64,000 nt of DNA from assembly GCA_963850305.1 (NCBI GenBank), contig CAWKKR010000005.1, positions 128,001-192,000 on the forward strand, written 5' to 3'. Positions 24,316 through 34,615 of the stretch are shown one piece after another. Below the pieces are notes generated by a model. It was not told the DNA's origin and made no database searches. It saw only the letters and a program-made list of their open reading frames with translations. The position numbers and the translations under genes are program-made. Numbering within the stretch: the stretch's first letter is position 1; each line of letters starts with the position of its first letter. Source of the stretch: an uncultured delta proteobacterium (GTDB taxonomy: Bacteria > Myxococcota_A > Polyangia > Polyangiales > Polyangiaceae).

Positions 24316-25782
24316 CTAGCGAATCCAACCAGCGCGGTAGGCGTATCCCTCGAGGTAGAGTTCGTCATGGACGTCGACCTCCGGATCGGAGGAGAGCTTC
24401 GCCCAGATGCCCTGCAGCGTGCTCGCCGACAGTACGCCTTGATTCGATAGCCAGGCACCGGCGGAGAAGATCGTCGCGGCGGAGGAGCGGAAATCCGGCA
24501 CGTCCCTGTAGCCTTCGACATAGGCCGCAACGTCCTGCCCGCCGTAAGTGCGGACCTGAAATGCGGCAAGGTAGTTGGCCACGTTGAAGTCGAGCGGCGC
24601 CCCCGCCGTGGTCAACATCGCGACCAGGGCCGACGAACCCGCGGCGAGCCCGGCTGCGACCGATGTGGAGAGCGCCGCGGTCGCAAACGACGCGAGGTAA
24701 AGGTCGGGCTGGTCATCGTCGCCGAGTTCCGTCTGGTCGACCTCCTGGTATCGCCGGGCCCAGTCGCCGGGAACGGCCGGGCACGTCTCGGCGGATGACG
24801 TGGGCGTGGCGTCGGAACGGCACTCGATCCATGAGGCCGCCTCCGTGCACGGGGCGAGAACGCCCGCAAGCTGATCGATCGTCTCGGTAGCGGGGGCCGC
24901 GAGTGCCGCGTCGCACGCGGTACTCAGCAGATCGAGAATGCCGTCGGGATTGCCGTCGACGAGCGCAGTGGCGGTATCTGCGTTGAGGTAAACGGCCTGG
25001 TTGGCGAGGACCTGGTCCGCCGTCGTGCTTTCGCCGACCGAAATCATCGACGCGGGCAGCGGGTTTCCGAGCGCGGCGTGCAGTGGCGCCGACGCGGTGG
25101 CGTCGAGCGCGACGTTCACCGCGTCCCCTGCGATGAGATCCTCGCCGGAGACGGCGTGATGAGCCAGCCCGACGAGCTCTCCGTCGTCGTCGAGCAAAGG
25201 CGAACCGCTGTTGCCGGGAAGGATGTACGCGTCGGACCGGACCCAGTCCCCTTCGACGTCGTAGACGATGCCGTCGGTCCATTTTTTCAACCCGCCCTCG
25301 GGGTGCCCGACGATGGTGACGTGGCTCCCGAGCAGAGCCGTCGGGGAATGGAGCGCCCAGCGTAGATAGTCGGGTGTGGAGAGCATGGCTCCGGCGCGCG
25401 TGTCGAAGAGCTGAACGACCGCCATGTCGAGGCCCTCGTCGACGGACGTCGGGATCCCGAACACTCGTTCCGCCTGCGGCGGCGGTGAGCCCCGCTGGTA
25501 GAGCCGCGTGATCTCGAGCGAGCAGCCCTCGATGGGACAAATCGGCACCCCGAGGACGTGGTTGTTGGTCAGGAGAAGACCCGTCGGAGAGATGAACGAG
25601 CCCGTCGCCACCTGACCCGAGGTCCCGACCCGGACGACTGCGCGCGCGGCCGTCCGAATCGCGCTGGGCGCCGTCTCGACGTCGTCGAAGTGCGGCAACC
25701 TCGTCGATGCCGCAGGGCTGCACGCGCACATGCCGAGTGCCGAGACGAGCCGCCACCGACCCGCGCGTCGACGCTGCTGCAT
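24316..25782 (-). CDS. Secreted trypsin-like serine protease with helical C-terminal extension
   Basis: Triad motifs LLTNNHV, GLDMAVV, PGNSGSP; N-terminal signal with MCAC. Confidence 0.82.
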   Translation of the reverse strand: MQQRRRAGRWRLVSALGMCACSPAASTRLPHFDDVETAPSAIRTAARAVVRVGTSGQVATGSFISPTGLLLTNNHVLGVPICPIEGCSLEITRLYQRGSPPPQAERVFGIPTSVDEGLDMAVVQLFDTRAGAMLSTPDYLRWALHSPTALLGSHVTIVGHPEGGLKKWTDGIVYDVEGDWVRSDAYILPGNSGSPLLDDDGELVGLAHHAVSGEDLIAGDAVNVALDATASAPLHAALGNPLPASMISVGESTTADQVLANQAVYLNADTATALVDGNPDGILDLLSTACDAALAAPATETIDQLAGVLAPCTEAASWIECRSDATPTSSAETCPAVPGDWARRYQEVDQTELGDDDQPDLYLASFATAALSTSVAAGLAAGSSALVAMLTTAGAPLDFNVANYLAAFQVRTYGGQDVAAYVEGYRDVPDFRSSAATIFSAGAWLSNQGVLSASTLQGIWAKLSSDPEVDVHDELYLEGYAYRAGWIR

Positions 25783-25832
25783 GAAAGGAGATTGTACGGG
25801 AAGCTTTTCCCCTCGTCGCGGGTTGTTCGGAT

Positions 25833-26051
25833 ATGCGCCCGCGACCCCTGCGAGAGTGCGAACGAGCCGTGGGCGTGGCCGCCCTCGTCGCGATCACGCT
25901 GGGCGCGCTGCCGAAGTCCTGGCAGTTGCCAGCCGGCATGTTGCTCGTCGCCGCTGCCATTGGCGCCATGCTCGGCGGGTTTCGGTTCGGGGCGGATCGG
26001 CCCGTTCGTCCGCGGGGCCTCGGTGGTCACCCGCACTCGCGCCGACGCTGA
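25833..26051 (+). CDS. Possible small two-TM membrane protein
   Basis: Two hydrophobic stretches; fills the intergenic gap before the SirB1-like gene. Confidence 0.3.
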   Translation: MRPRPLRECERAVGVAALVAITLGALPKSWQLPAGMLLVAAAIGAMLGGFRFGADRPVRPRGLGGHPHSRRR

Positions 26052-26106
26052 AGGGCCGGCCGGCGCGAGAGGTGGGATGGTGGTAGCCTCAAGCGCTCTC
26101 GCGACC

Positions 26107-26916
26107 ATGGACTTCGCCGACCTTGCCGCGCTCCCGGACGATCGGATCGACGTGCTCACCGGCGCGCTGCTGATAGCGAAGGATGAGTACCCGTCGCTCG
26201 ATCTCGGGTGCGAGCGACGGCGCGTGGACGAGCTGGCCGCGTCGCTCGGGCGACTCGACGGGCTCGACGCCGCGGATCAAGCGAACCTTCTCGCCGAAGG
26301 CCTGTTCGGCGACGGCGGTTTTCGCGGCAACGCGGACGACTATTACGATCCGCGGAACTCGTTTCTCAACGCGGTCATGGATCGCAAGCTAGGCATCCCC
26401 ATCTCGCTCTCCGTCGTCTATGTGGAGGTGGCTCGCCGCGCCGGCGTTCGCGCGAGCGGGGTCGGGTTTCCCGGCCACTTCCTCGTGCGCATCGAGACCC
26501 ACACGGGTGAGCCGCTCATGATCGATCCCTTCGGCGGAGGGCGCATCGTCGGGCGCGGGACGCTCGAGGCGCTCATCGAACGAGGCCCGCACGTGAAACC
26601 GGGCCTGCGTGCTTTGCTCTCGCCGACGTCGCCGCGGGTAATCCTGTCGCGCATGCTCGCCAACCTGAAGGGCATCTACGCGTCCCGGGGCGAGCTGTCC
26701 CGGTTGCTCGTCGTCACCAGCCGCATGCTCGAGCTCTGTCCGGATTCCGCCAGTGACCTCCGGGATCGCGGGCTCGTCGCCATGCGATTGGGATCGGTCC
26801 GGGTAGCCGAGAGCGATCTGACCCGCTACGCGGAGCTTTCGCCGGACGCATCGGACATCGCCGAGGTCCGGCGGATGGTCGAAAAGCTGAGGGACCAGGA
26901 AAGGCCCACCAACTGA
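26107..26916 (+). CDS. SirB1/YchA-like transglutaminase-like protein with TPR
   Basis: GFRGNADDYYDPRNSFLNAVMDRKLGIPISLS, GVGFPGHFLVR, IDPF, RDRGL. Confidence 0.9.
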   Translation: MDFADLAALPDDRIDVLTGALLIAKDEYPSLDLGCERRRVDELAASLGRLDGLDAADQANLLAEGLFGDGGFRGNADDYYDPRNSFLNAVMDRKLGIPISLSVVYVEVARRAGVRASGVGFPGHFLVRIETHTGEPLMIDPFGGGRIVGRGTLEALIERGPHVKPGLRALLSPTSPRVILSRMLANLKGIYASRGELSRLLVVTSRMLELCPDSASDLRDRGLVAMRLGSVRVAESDLTRYAELSPDASDIAEVRRMVEKLRDQERPTN

Positions 26917-26935
26917 TTCACGGCCGGCGTCGGGA

Positions 26936-27362
26936 CTACCAGGAAAGGGGGCCTTGCCAGCCTTGCCCCCGCGGCTCGCTTCGCGCCCGCTCCCCCGCCG
27001 CCTTCGGCGGGCTCGTGCTCGCAAGGGGGTCTTGACCCCCGCGGCTCGCTTCGCGCCCGCTCCCCCGCCGCCTTCGGCGGGCTCGCGCTCGCAAGGGGGT
27101 CTTGACCCCCGCGGCTCGCTTCGCGCCCGCTCCCCCGCCGCCTTCGGCGGGCTCGCGCTCGCAAGGGGGTCTTGACCCCCGCGGCTCGCTTCGCGCCCGC
27201 TCCCCCGCCGCCTTCGGCGGGCTCGCGCTCGCAAGGGGGTCTTGACCCCCGCGGCTCGCTTCGCGCCCGCTCCCCCGCCGCCTTCGGCGGGCTCGCTCCG
27301 CTCGCGTAGTTCCGCAGCTCTTTGATCCTCGGGGACGACGCTGCTTGTCGATGCGGAACTAC
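26936..27362. repeat. Modular REP-like element copy 4: five ~70-bp units plus GTAG module 27306-27362
   Basis: GCAAGGGGGTCTTGACCCCC at 27021, 27091, 27161 and 27231; starts with CTACCAGGAAAGGGGG. Confidence 0.92.
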
Positions 27363-27640
27363 TGCTTCTCGCAGTGGTACTCGCCGAAGAAGATCGCCGT
27401 CCGCGCGCACTTCACGGCGACGTGGCCGCCCTTTTCGAGCTGGTACGCATACTCGTGCGAAAACGGTGAGCGCTGGAATTCGGTCATCTGGGCGGGGCAC
27501 GGAGTTCCGCCGCACGCCGTCTGCATCGCCAGGCGTTCGACATCCGTGGAGTCGCCATACGTGTTCAGGAGCCCCGCGGTGGTGAGCACCACGACCACCA
27601 GCGGCAACAGGACGCGACGCACGACACCGGGTTCGGACAC
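27359..27640 (-). CDS. Small exported protein with four Cys
   Basis: GTG overlaps the stop of the methyltransferase; N-terminal hydrophobic segment. Confidence 0.65.
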   Translation of the reverse strand: MSEPGVVRRVLLPLVVVVLTTAGLLNTYGDSTDVERLAMQTACGGTPCPAQMTEFQRSPFSHEYAYQLEKGGHVAVKCARTAIFFGEYHCEKQ

Positions 27641-28239
27641 TATTTCGTTCCTCCGATCTCGAGTTCGTAGAACGGCGCTTCCCGATCCTTCGGCCAGTAG
27701 AGTCCAGCGCCGATGATGAGCAGATGTTTCGCGAGGAGCCCGCGGTAGTAAGAACCGTTGCGCACGAAGATGTCGGAGTCCGTCCGCGTTCTGTCCGTGT
27801 TCTCCCGGAGATCGCCGCGGGTGGTGATCTCCAGGTACACCAGCCCCTTGGCCATCGCGGCGATGTTGGCCACGGCGGGAGCGACGTCGGGATCCGGCAA
27901 GTACTGGAGCACGCCCTGGCAGACGATGAGGTCGTACTTTTTCCGGTCGCGCCACCGTGCGATGTCGCGGTGCTCGAAGCCGTGCTTCTTGCACATCGCC
28001 TGACTGACCTCGGTGCCGGTGTACTTCGCCGACTTCTCGTGCTTCGCGATGTAGTCTCGCCAGAGGCCGACGCCCGCGCCGATGTCGAGCACGGATTTCA
28101 CCTCGAGCTTGTTCCACTTCGCGAAGGCAAAGACGAAGTCTGCCAGGTGCGCGTGTTCCTCGGCGGAGTGCACGCGCGTCGCGGGATTTTCGTAAAAGCG
28201 ATGATAATAGGCTTCGTCGAAGCGGCGAAACCGGTCCAT
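27640..28239 (-). CDS. Class I SAM-dependent methyltransferase
   Basis: VLDIGAGVG motif [13 protein letters not shown]. Confidence 0.88.
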   Translation of the reverse strand: MDRFRRFDEAYYHRFYENPATRVHSAEEHAHLADFVFAFAKWNKLEVKSVLDIGAGVGLWRDYIAKHEKSAKYTGTEVSQAMCKKHGFEHRDIARWRDRKKYDLIVCQGVLQYLPDPDVAPAVANIAAMAKGLVYLEITTRGDLRENTDRTRTDSDIFVRNGSYYRGLLAKHLLIIGAGLYWPKDREAPFYELEIGGTK

Positions 28240-28522
28240 GCGGGTGAGTCTAGCCCGAAGTGCCAAGCATCCCGGGCCGTTGCGCCATGGTTCCGTCGTT
28301 TTCGAGCGTTTGCCGCGGGCGTCGCTCGCAAGTGTTGAACTTTACTTGCTGTTATATATTCTTCCCGTTCGCGCCCCGGTCGGCGCATCCGTCGTCGAAG
28401 TAAGCCCGCGAGGCGCGTTCAGCGGGCGTCGCGCTCCAAGGTGTGAGATCACGGGGCGAACGCGTTTGCCAGAAATCCCCCGCGGCCGGGCCGCGGGCTC
28501 GGAAAATAAGGAAGCTGAAGCA

Positions 28523-29881
28523 ATGGCTCAAACGAACATCGACCCCACCGGCAAGAGCACCGCGGTTCCGACCCGCGACGGCGGCACCTACCACGTCGCG
28601 GATCTCGGTCTTGCGGACTGGGGCCGAAAAGAAATCCAGATCGCCGAGACCGAAATGCCGGGCCTGATGGCGCTCCGCGAGGAGTACGGCGCGAAGCAGC
28701 CGCTCAAGGGCGCCCGCATCGCCGGCTGTCTGCACATGACCATCCAGACCGCGGTGCTCATCGAAACGTTGAAGCACCTCGGTGCCGAGGTCACATGGAC
28801 GACCTGCAACATCTACTCGACACAGGATCATGCGGCCGCGGCGATCGCGAGGGCCGGAATTCCCGTGTTCGCATGGAAGGGGGAGACGGAGCCCGAGTAC
28901 TACGAGTGTATCGAGCGGCAGCTCAAAGCGTTCGCGGGCGGCAAGGCCCCGAACATGATCCTCGACGACGGCGGGGATCTGACCCATGTCGTGCACGACA
29001 AATATCCTGAGATGTTCGCGGGTGTGGATCCGATCCGCGGGCTCAGCGAAGAGACGACGACGGGCGTGCACCGGCTCTACGAAATGTTCAAGAAGGGCAC
29101 GCTCAAGTGTCCGGCCATGAATGTCAACGACTCGGTCACGAAGAGCAAATTCGACAACCTGTACGGCTGCCGCGAGTCGGGCATCGACGGGATCAAGCGC
29201 GCCACCGACGTCATGTTCGCCGGCAAGGTCGCGGTCGTGGCCGGCTACGGCGACGTGGGTAAAGGCTGCGCGCAGTCGTTGAGAGGGCAGGGGGCGCGTG
29301 TTCTCATCACGGAGATCGATCCCATCTGCGCGCTCCAGGCGGCGATGGAAGGCTATCAGGTCGTCACGATGGACGAGGCGGCCCCGCTTGGCGACATCTT
29401 CATCACGGCGACCGGGTGCCTCGACGTCGTTCGCGGCGACCACATGCGCGCCATGAAGAACGAGGCGATCCTGTGCAATATCGGCCACTTCGACATGGAA
29501 ATCGACATGCGATTCCTCGAGAGCACGCAGGGGATCAAGGAAGAGAACATCAAGCCCCAGGTCGACCACTTCACCTTCCCAGACGGCAAGAAACTCATCG
29601 TGCTCGCCCGCGGACGGCTCGTGAACCTCGGTTGCGCGACGGGTCATCCGAGCTTCGTCATGAGCACGAGCTTCACGAATCAGGTCGTGGCGCAGATAGC
29701 GCTCTTCAACGAGAAATTCCCGATCGGCGTGCACCTCATTCCGAAGAAGCTGGACGAAAAGGTCGCGCGGCTGCACCTCGGCAAGCTCGGCGTGAAACTC
29801 GACAAGCTGACGACGAAGCAAGCGGAGTACCTCGGCGTCTCCGTCGAGGGCCCATACAAGGCCGATCTTTACCGGTACTAG
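28523..29881 (+). CDS. ahcY: Adenosylhomocysteinase
   Basis: [68 protein letters not shown]. Confidence 0.98.
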   Translation: MAQTNIDPTGKSTAVPTRDGGTYHVADLGLADWGRKEIQIAETEMPGLMALREEYGAKQPLKGARIAGCLHMTIQTAVLIETLKHLGAEVTWTTCNIYSTQDHAAAAIARAGIPVFAWKGETEPEYYECIERQLKAFAGGKAPNMILDDGGDLTHVVHDKYPEMFAGVDPIRGLSEETTTGVHRLYEMFKKGTLKCPAMNVNDSVTKSKFDNLYGCRESGIDGIKRATDVMFAGKVAVVAGYGDVGKGCAQSLRGQGARVLITEIDPICALQAAMEGYQVVTMDEAAPLGDIFITATGCLDVVRGDHMRAMKNEAILCNIGHFDMEIDMRFLESTQGIKEENIKPQVDHFTFPDGKKLIVLARGRLVNLGCATGHPSFVMSTSFTNQVVAQIALFNEKFPIGVHLIPKKLDEKVARLHLGKLGVKLDKLTTKQAEYLGVSVEGPYKADLYRY

Positions 29882-30210
29882 GGGGTCTTGACCCCCGCGG
29901 CTCGCTTCGCGACCGCTCCCCCGCCGCCTTCGGCGTGCTCGTGCTCGCAAGGGGGTCTTGACCCCCGCGGCTCGCTTCGCGACCGCTCCCCCGCCGCCTT
30001 CGGCGTGCTCGTGCTCGCAAGGGGGTCTTGACCCCCGCGGCTCGCTTCGCGACCGCTCCCCCGCCGCCTTCGGCGTGCTCGTGCTCGCAAGGGGGTCTTG
30101 ACCCCCGCGGCTCGCTTCGCGACCGCTCCCCCGCCGCCTTCGGCGTGCTCGCTGCGCTCGCGTAGTTCCGCAGCTCTTTGATGCTTCAGGGACGGCGTGC
30201 TCGAGCGGAC
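29881..30210. repeat. Modular REP-like element copy 5: four 70-bp units plus partly decayed GTAG module from 30162
   Basis: GGGGGTCTTG at 29881, 29951, 30021 and 30091. Confidence 0.92.
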
Positions 30211-30243
30211 CCGCCCCCCGTAGCGCGGGGGCGGGGCTTCTTC

Positions 30244-31413
30244 TCAGTCCCGCATCGCGACGAGCGGCGACGTTCTCGCGGCGCGGAGGGCGGGCAAGAG
30301 GCCCCCCAAAATCCCCATGAGGCCACCGGAGATCAGCGCCGTCGCGATGATCTTCGCCGTTGGCTCGAAGGTGACGACTACCTCGGACCACGTCGTCATG
30401 TTCATGATGCTGAACTTCACCCACATCATGCAAAGAGACGCGAGCGCGCCCACGGCTCCGCCGAGCACGGCGAGCAGGAACGCCTCCAGCAGAAACGACA
30501 CGAGCACCTGGGTACGCGAGAAGCCGAGTGCGCGGAGCGTGCCGATCTCACGCTGCCGGTTCGCGACCGCCGCGTACATCGTGATCATGGCGCCGATCAT
30601 GGCGCCGAGAGAGAAGAAGAAGACGATCGCGTTGCCGAGGAAGCGAACGAAGTCCGCCGTGCCCTCGGACTGCTTCTCGTAGTACGTGCTCTCCCGCTGT
30701 ACCTTCAACCCGAGCTGCTTGTCGTGCTCCATCGCCGCAGCGAACGCGTCGTAACTCCCTCGCGACGCGAGCCGGACGGTCACCGAAGACACGGCCGCCG
30801 GTCGGCCGAACGCTGCACGCATGAAGTCCAGATCCGTCCAGATCTCCGATTCGAAAGACGAGCCGCCGCTCTCGAAGACGCCGACCACGGTGACGGGGCG
30901 GTTCTTGTTCAGGTCGAAGGTCGAGCCGAGATCGATCCCCTTGAAGCGTCCGATGACCCGCTTGCCGATGATGACCTCGTTCGTCCCCGGCTTCGCGGAT
31001 CGACCTTCGACGATGTGAACTTGCGGGCGCACGTCGAGACTCCCTCCGTCGATGCCCCGGACGAGGACGTTCGCGATTTGCCCCGGTGATTCCGCAAGCT
31101 CCGCCGAGATCACCATCACGAGCTCGCCCGCGCCGAGCGGGGTCCCATCCGGCTTCTTCTTCACGCCCGGAGCGGATTCGATGATGCCGACGACGTTATT
31201 TTCGATGTTGCTCGCCAGCTCGGCGTCCGACCCCTTGCGCAGCACGAGCGCATTGTCGTCGCTCCCGGAGAGGGTCATCGTCTTCTTGATGCCATGCGCC
31301 AGCATCTGCGACGCCGAGAGCACGAACACGACGAGAGCCACGCCGAAGATCGTCGCGAGCGTGGTCGTCTTCCGGACGAACAGGCTGCGCACGTTGTAAG
31401 AGACGGGGATCAT
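30244..31413 (-). CDS. ABC transporter permease (MacB/FtsX-like)
   Basis: N-terminal TM, periplasmic domain, REIGTLRALGF, three C-terminal TMs. Confidence 0.92.
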   Translation of the reverse strand: MIPVSYNVRSLFVRKTTTLATIFGVALVVFVLSASQMLAHGIKKTMTLSGSDDNALVLRKGSDAELASNIENNVVGIIESAPGVKKKPDGTPLGAGELVMVISAELAESPGQIANVLVRGIDGGSLDVRPQVHIVEGRSAKPGTNEVIIGKRVIGRFKGIDLGSTFDLNKNRPVTVVGVFESGGSSFESEIWTDLDFMRAAFGRPAAVSSVTVRLASRGSYDAFAAAMEHDKQLGLKVQRESTYYEKQSEGTADFVRFLGNAIVFFFSLGAMIGAMITMYAAVANRQREIGTLRALGFSRTQVLVSFLLEAFLLAVLGGAVGALASLCMMWVKFSIMNMTTWSEVVVTFEPTAKIIATALISGGLMGILGGLLPALRAARTSPLVAMRD

Positions 31414-31425
31414 GTCGTCCGGTTC

Positions 31426-32592
31426 TCAGCCCACGCGGCGGAGCGCGTCGATGGTGTTGAGCTTCGAGGCCTGGTAGGCCGGCAGCGCCGCCACCCCACA
31501 GGCAAGTCCGACGGCCAGGGCTGCGGACAGGAAGACGTCCTTGGCTGCGACCCGGAAATAGGGGAAGAACGAAGCCATGTTCTCCTCGAGGTATCGCCCG
31601 ACGCCGTGATCGATCAGCGGCACCGCGACGGCGAGTCCGATCGCGGCGCCGACGACACCGATGACGACCGCCTCTCCGAGAATGAACGCGACGAGGTGCT
31701 TCGGCAGGAAGCCGATCGCGCGGAGCACGCCGTATTCGTGGGTTCGTTCGCGCACCCCCATGGCAATCGTGTTGCCCAGGATGAGCGCCATGATGACGAG
31801 AATGATGATCGACACGAAGTTCATCGCCTTCAGGATGGCCGAGAACATGCCGAGGAACGAGGTGTTCATGGCGCGCTCGCTCATCGTCAGCGTCGGCGTG
31901 TCCTGGGTCGAGAACGCGTCGTCGATGCGCTTGGCGATGGTCGCGGCTTGTCCGGGGTCGTCGATGCGCGACGTGATCCAGCCGACGCGATCCTTCCGCG
32001 AAGCGTCTAGCGACTCGTTCAAGTAGTCCCAGTGGAAGAAGAACGTGGAGCGGTCGATGCTCCGCCGGGCGGCCGTGTAGATCCCGTCGACGATGAAATC
32101 CCAGTCGCCCGGATAGATGGTGCCGGCGAGCGTGACCTTGTCGCCCACCTTCCATTTGAACTGCTTTGCGATCACGTCGCCGATGAGCGCGCCGCGTCGA
32201 TCGTTCAGCCAGTCTTCTCGCTGCGCGGCGGGAACCTGTATCTCGTCCATGACGTTCAGGAACGTCTTGCTGTCGACGGCGAGAGTCGCGAAAAAGGTAT
32301 CCTCCGCGTTCGGATTCTTGCCGCCGAACCAGTTCGCCCAGCTCGCCGCCTTGACGCCCGGGACGTTCCGGACCTGGTCCACGTAACGCAACGGTAGCGG
32401 GAGCACGAACGTCACCTTGTGGCGTGTCGCGAGGCGATCTTTCGCCGCATAGTCGACGCCGGCCGTCCACGCCGACAGGATGGTCCGCAAGAACAGGAAC
32501 GCGATCACGGCGACAGCGACGCCGAGCATCGTCAGGAACGCGCGCACCTTGTTGCGCCAGGCGTTCCGGAGACCGATGCCGAGAATCGTCAC
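31426..32592 (-). CDS. ABC transporter permease (MacB/FtsX-like)
   Basis: RNAWRNKVRAFLTMLG, VRERTHEYGVLRAIGF. Confidence 0.92.
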   Translation of the reverse strand: MTILGIGLRNAWRNKVRAFLTMLGVAVAVIAFLFLRTILSAWTAGVDYAAKDRLATRHKVTFVLPLPLRYVDQVRNVPGVKAASWANWFGGKNPNAEDTFFATLAVDSKTFLNVMDEIQVPAAQREDWLNDRRGALIGDVIAKQFKWKVGDKVTLAGTIYPGDWDFIVDGIYTAARRSIDRSTFFFHWDYLNESLDASRKDRVGWITSRIDDPGQAATIAKRIDDAFSTQDTPTLTMSERAMNTSFLGMFSAILKAMNFVSIIILVIMALILGNTIAMGVRERTHEYGVLRAIGFLPKHLVAFILGEAVVIGVVGAAIGLAVAVPLIDHGVGRYLEENMASFFPYFRVAAKDVFLSAALAVGLACGVAALPAYQASKLNTIDALRRVG

Positions 32593-33272
32593 TTCAACGT
32601 TCCCTTGTCGAGCCGCCGGATGATCGTCGCGCGCTCGGCTGCGGCGGGATCGTGCGTGACCATGAAGATGGTCTTCTTGAACTCCGTGTTCAGCCGCACC
32701 AGAAGTTCCAGGATTTCGTCCGCGCTCTTGCGATCGAGATCTCCGGTCGGTTCATCCGCGACGATGATCTTCGGATCGGTCACGATGGCGCGCGCGATGG
32801 CGACCCGCTGCTCTTGCCCGCCCGAGAGCTGGCGCGGATGGTGCCCCCCGCGATCCTCGAGGCCGACGACGCGAAGGGCGGTCTGCGCGCGCTGTTTCCG
32901 CTCGGTCGACGGCAAGTTGGTCAGAAGCAACGGTAACTCGACGTTCTCGAGCGCCGTCAGGACCGGCATCAAGTTGTAGGTCTGGAAGATGAAGCCGATG
33001 GTGGATGCTCGCCACGCGGCGCGATCGCCTTCGGACATCGCGACGAGGTCCGCGCCTGCGACGTGCACGGCGCCGGAGGTGGGGCGGTCCAGTCCCGCGA
33101 TGAGATGGAGCAGGGTCGATTTGCCGGAGCCAGAGGGCCCCATGAGCGCCTCGAAGGACCCTTCAGGCGCGGAGAGATCGAGATTCACCAGGACGTCGAG
33201 AGTCTCGCCGCCGCGCGTATAGCTCTTGGTGACTCCGCGAATGTCGATGATCGGCTTGCTGTCGTCGCTCAT
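32589..33272 (-). CDS. ABC transporter ATP-binding protein (LolD/MacB-like)
   Basis: GPSGSGKS, LSGGQEQRVAIARA, ADEPTG, VTHD. Confidence 0.96.
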   Translation of the reverse strand: MSDDSKPIIDIRGVTKSYTRGGETLDVLVNLDLSAPEGSFEALMGPSGSGKSTLLHLIAGLDRPTSGAVHVAGADLVAMSEGDRAAWRASTIGFIFQTYNLMPVLTALENVELPLLLTNLPSTERKQRAQTALRVVGLEDRGGHHPRQLSGGQEQRVAIARAIVTDPKIIVADEPTGDLDRKSADEILELLVRLNTEFKKTIFMVTHDPAAAERATIIRRLDKGTLK

Positions 33273-34501
33273 CCCTGACCCTTTTCCTTGATCTGCTGCC
33301 CATCCGCGAGCTGGGGCGGCGGATCCTTCACGATGCGCGTTCCGGCGGCGGGCCCGCTCACCAGCTCGAATCCGGATCCGAAAGGCTCGCCGAGCTTCAC
33401 CGGAACCATCCGCACGGCACCAGCGTCGATGACATACACGACTTTCGCCCCGGCCCGGTCGGAAATTCCGGACGCCGGAACGACGAGCTTTGGCGGTTCT
33501 TGCATCGCCCGGGCGTCGAGTGCGTTGGTCAGAAAGCTCACCCGCGCCGCCATGTCCGACAGCACGCCTTCCGTCGAATCCACGAACCGAACCTTGACGG
33601 TCACCGTCGCCTTCTGGCGATTGATCTTCGGACTGATCTCGAGGACGGCCCCGCGGAACCTCCGGCTCGGGTAAGCGTCGAGCACGATCTCGCAGGGGGC
33701 CCCCAGCTTCACGAGCGCCAGGCGTGACTCGGGGACGTCGGTTTCGACCGCGAGGGTGGACATGTCGGCGATTTCGATGGTGAGCGGCGTCAGCGTCAGG
33801 GCGCCGACCAGTTCGCCCAGCTGCGGCGGTTTGCTTATGATCTCGCCATTGATGGGAGATCGGAGCGTAAGGTAGGTGAGGTTCACCTGTGCGGCCGCGA
33901 CTTCCGAAAGCGCGGCACTGGTTTCTGCCTGTGCCGCCTTCACGTTTGCGTCGAGGGCGGCGAGGTGCGCCGTCAGGTTCTCGGCGTTGGCTTTCGGGGA
34001 GATGCCGGCGGCGACGAGGCGCGTCTCACGGTCGAGCTGGACCTGCGTCTCGGCTGCCGACGCGCGCTCGGCTTGTGTCTTCGCACGGGCCGACGCGACG
34101 CGCGTCTCGGCCGCGCTCAGCTGAGCTCGATAGTCCGCGCTGTCGAGCTCCATGAGCAGATCGCCGGACTTCACGGAGTCCCCCTCCTTCACGTAGATTC
34201 GCGTCACGCGACCCGGGATCTTCGCGCCAACGAGCGAGTGCACCTGCGGCACCACGTACCCCGTCGAAGACAGCTCGATCGACGCTTGCGCCGGTGAGAC
34301 CAAGGCAATTTCCGTGACGTCGACCTCCGTCTTGAAGAACTCGGCCTCTAGCCGCGGCCGCGCATAGACGTAGGTCGCCCCCAGGGCCCCCGCGATGCCG
34401 AGCGCGATGAGGATCGCCCCGAACGGCCACCGCCCGGACGGCTTACGTGTGGTTCGATCGATCCGCAGCGAAGCCAGGTCGGAGGAGAGCTGATCGGCCA
34501 T
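33269..34501 (-). CDS. Efflux periplasmic adaptor (MacA/HlyD-like)
   Basis: N-terminal TM, VKEGDSVKSGDLL lipoyl half, coiled hairpin, LRSPINGEI. Confidence 0.92.
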   Translation of the reverse strand: MADQLSSDLASLRIDRTTRKPSGRWPFGAILIALGIAGALGATYVYARPRLEAEFFKTEVDVTEIALVSPAQASIELSSTGYVVPQVHSLVGAKIPGRVTRIYVKEGDSVKSGDLLMELDSADYRAQLSAAETRVASARAKTQAERASAAETQVQLDRETRLVAAGISPKANAENLTAHLAALDANVKAAQAETSAALSEVAAAQVNLTYLTLRSPINGEIISKPPQLGELVGALTLTPLTIEIADMSTLAVETDVPESRLALVKLGAPCEIVLDAYPSRRFRGAVLEISPKINRQKATVTVKVRFVDSTEGVLSDMAARVSFLTNALDARAMQEPPKLVVPASGISDRAGAKVVYVIDAGAVRMVPVKLGEPFGSGFELVSGPAAGTRIVKDPPPQLADGQQIKEKGQG

Positions 34502-34615
34502 GGGTCTCGCGACGGTGGGGGCAGATCATAGTCCAGAGACCCGGTCTTCGACGAGCCCGTTACGGACGAATCCCGGTCGGGCGCCGTCACGGACCGGGAG
34601 TGCTACGAAGGCGGC

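Noticed and set aside
28400..28522. Canonical SAH riboswitch before ahcY
   Set aside because: Only a GGCTCGG-like fragment matches; the GAGGAGCGCTGC-type 5' core and pseudoknot partner are not evident. Kept only as a candidate structured leader.
22760..30161. 70/79-bp arrays as CRISPR arrays
   Set aside because: The units are near-identical along their whole length, with no unique spacers, and no cas genes are present.
28352..30433. Long antisense ORFs (e.g. 28352..30433, 57951..60071, 7741..9420, 21265..22683, 20568..22055)
   Set aside because: They are shadows of real genes on the opposite strand caused by high-GC codon bias, with no recognisable motifs.
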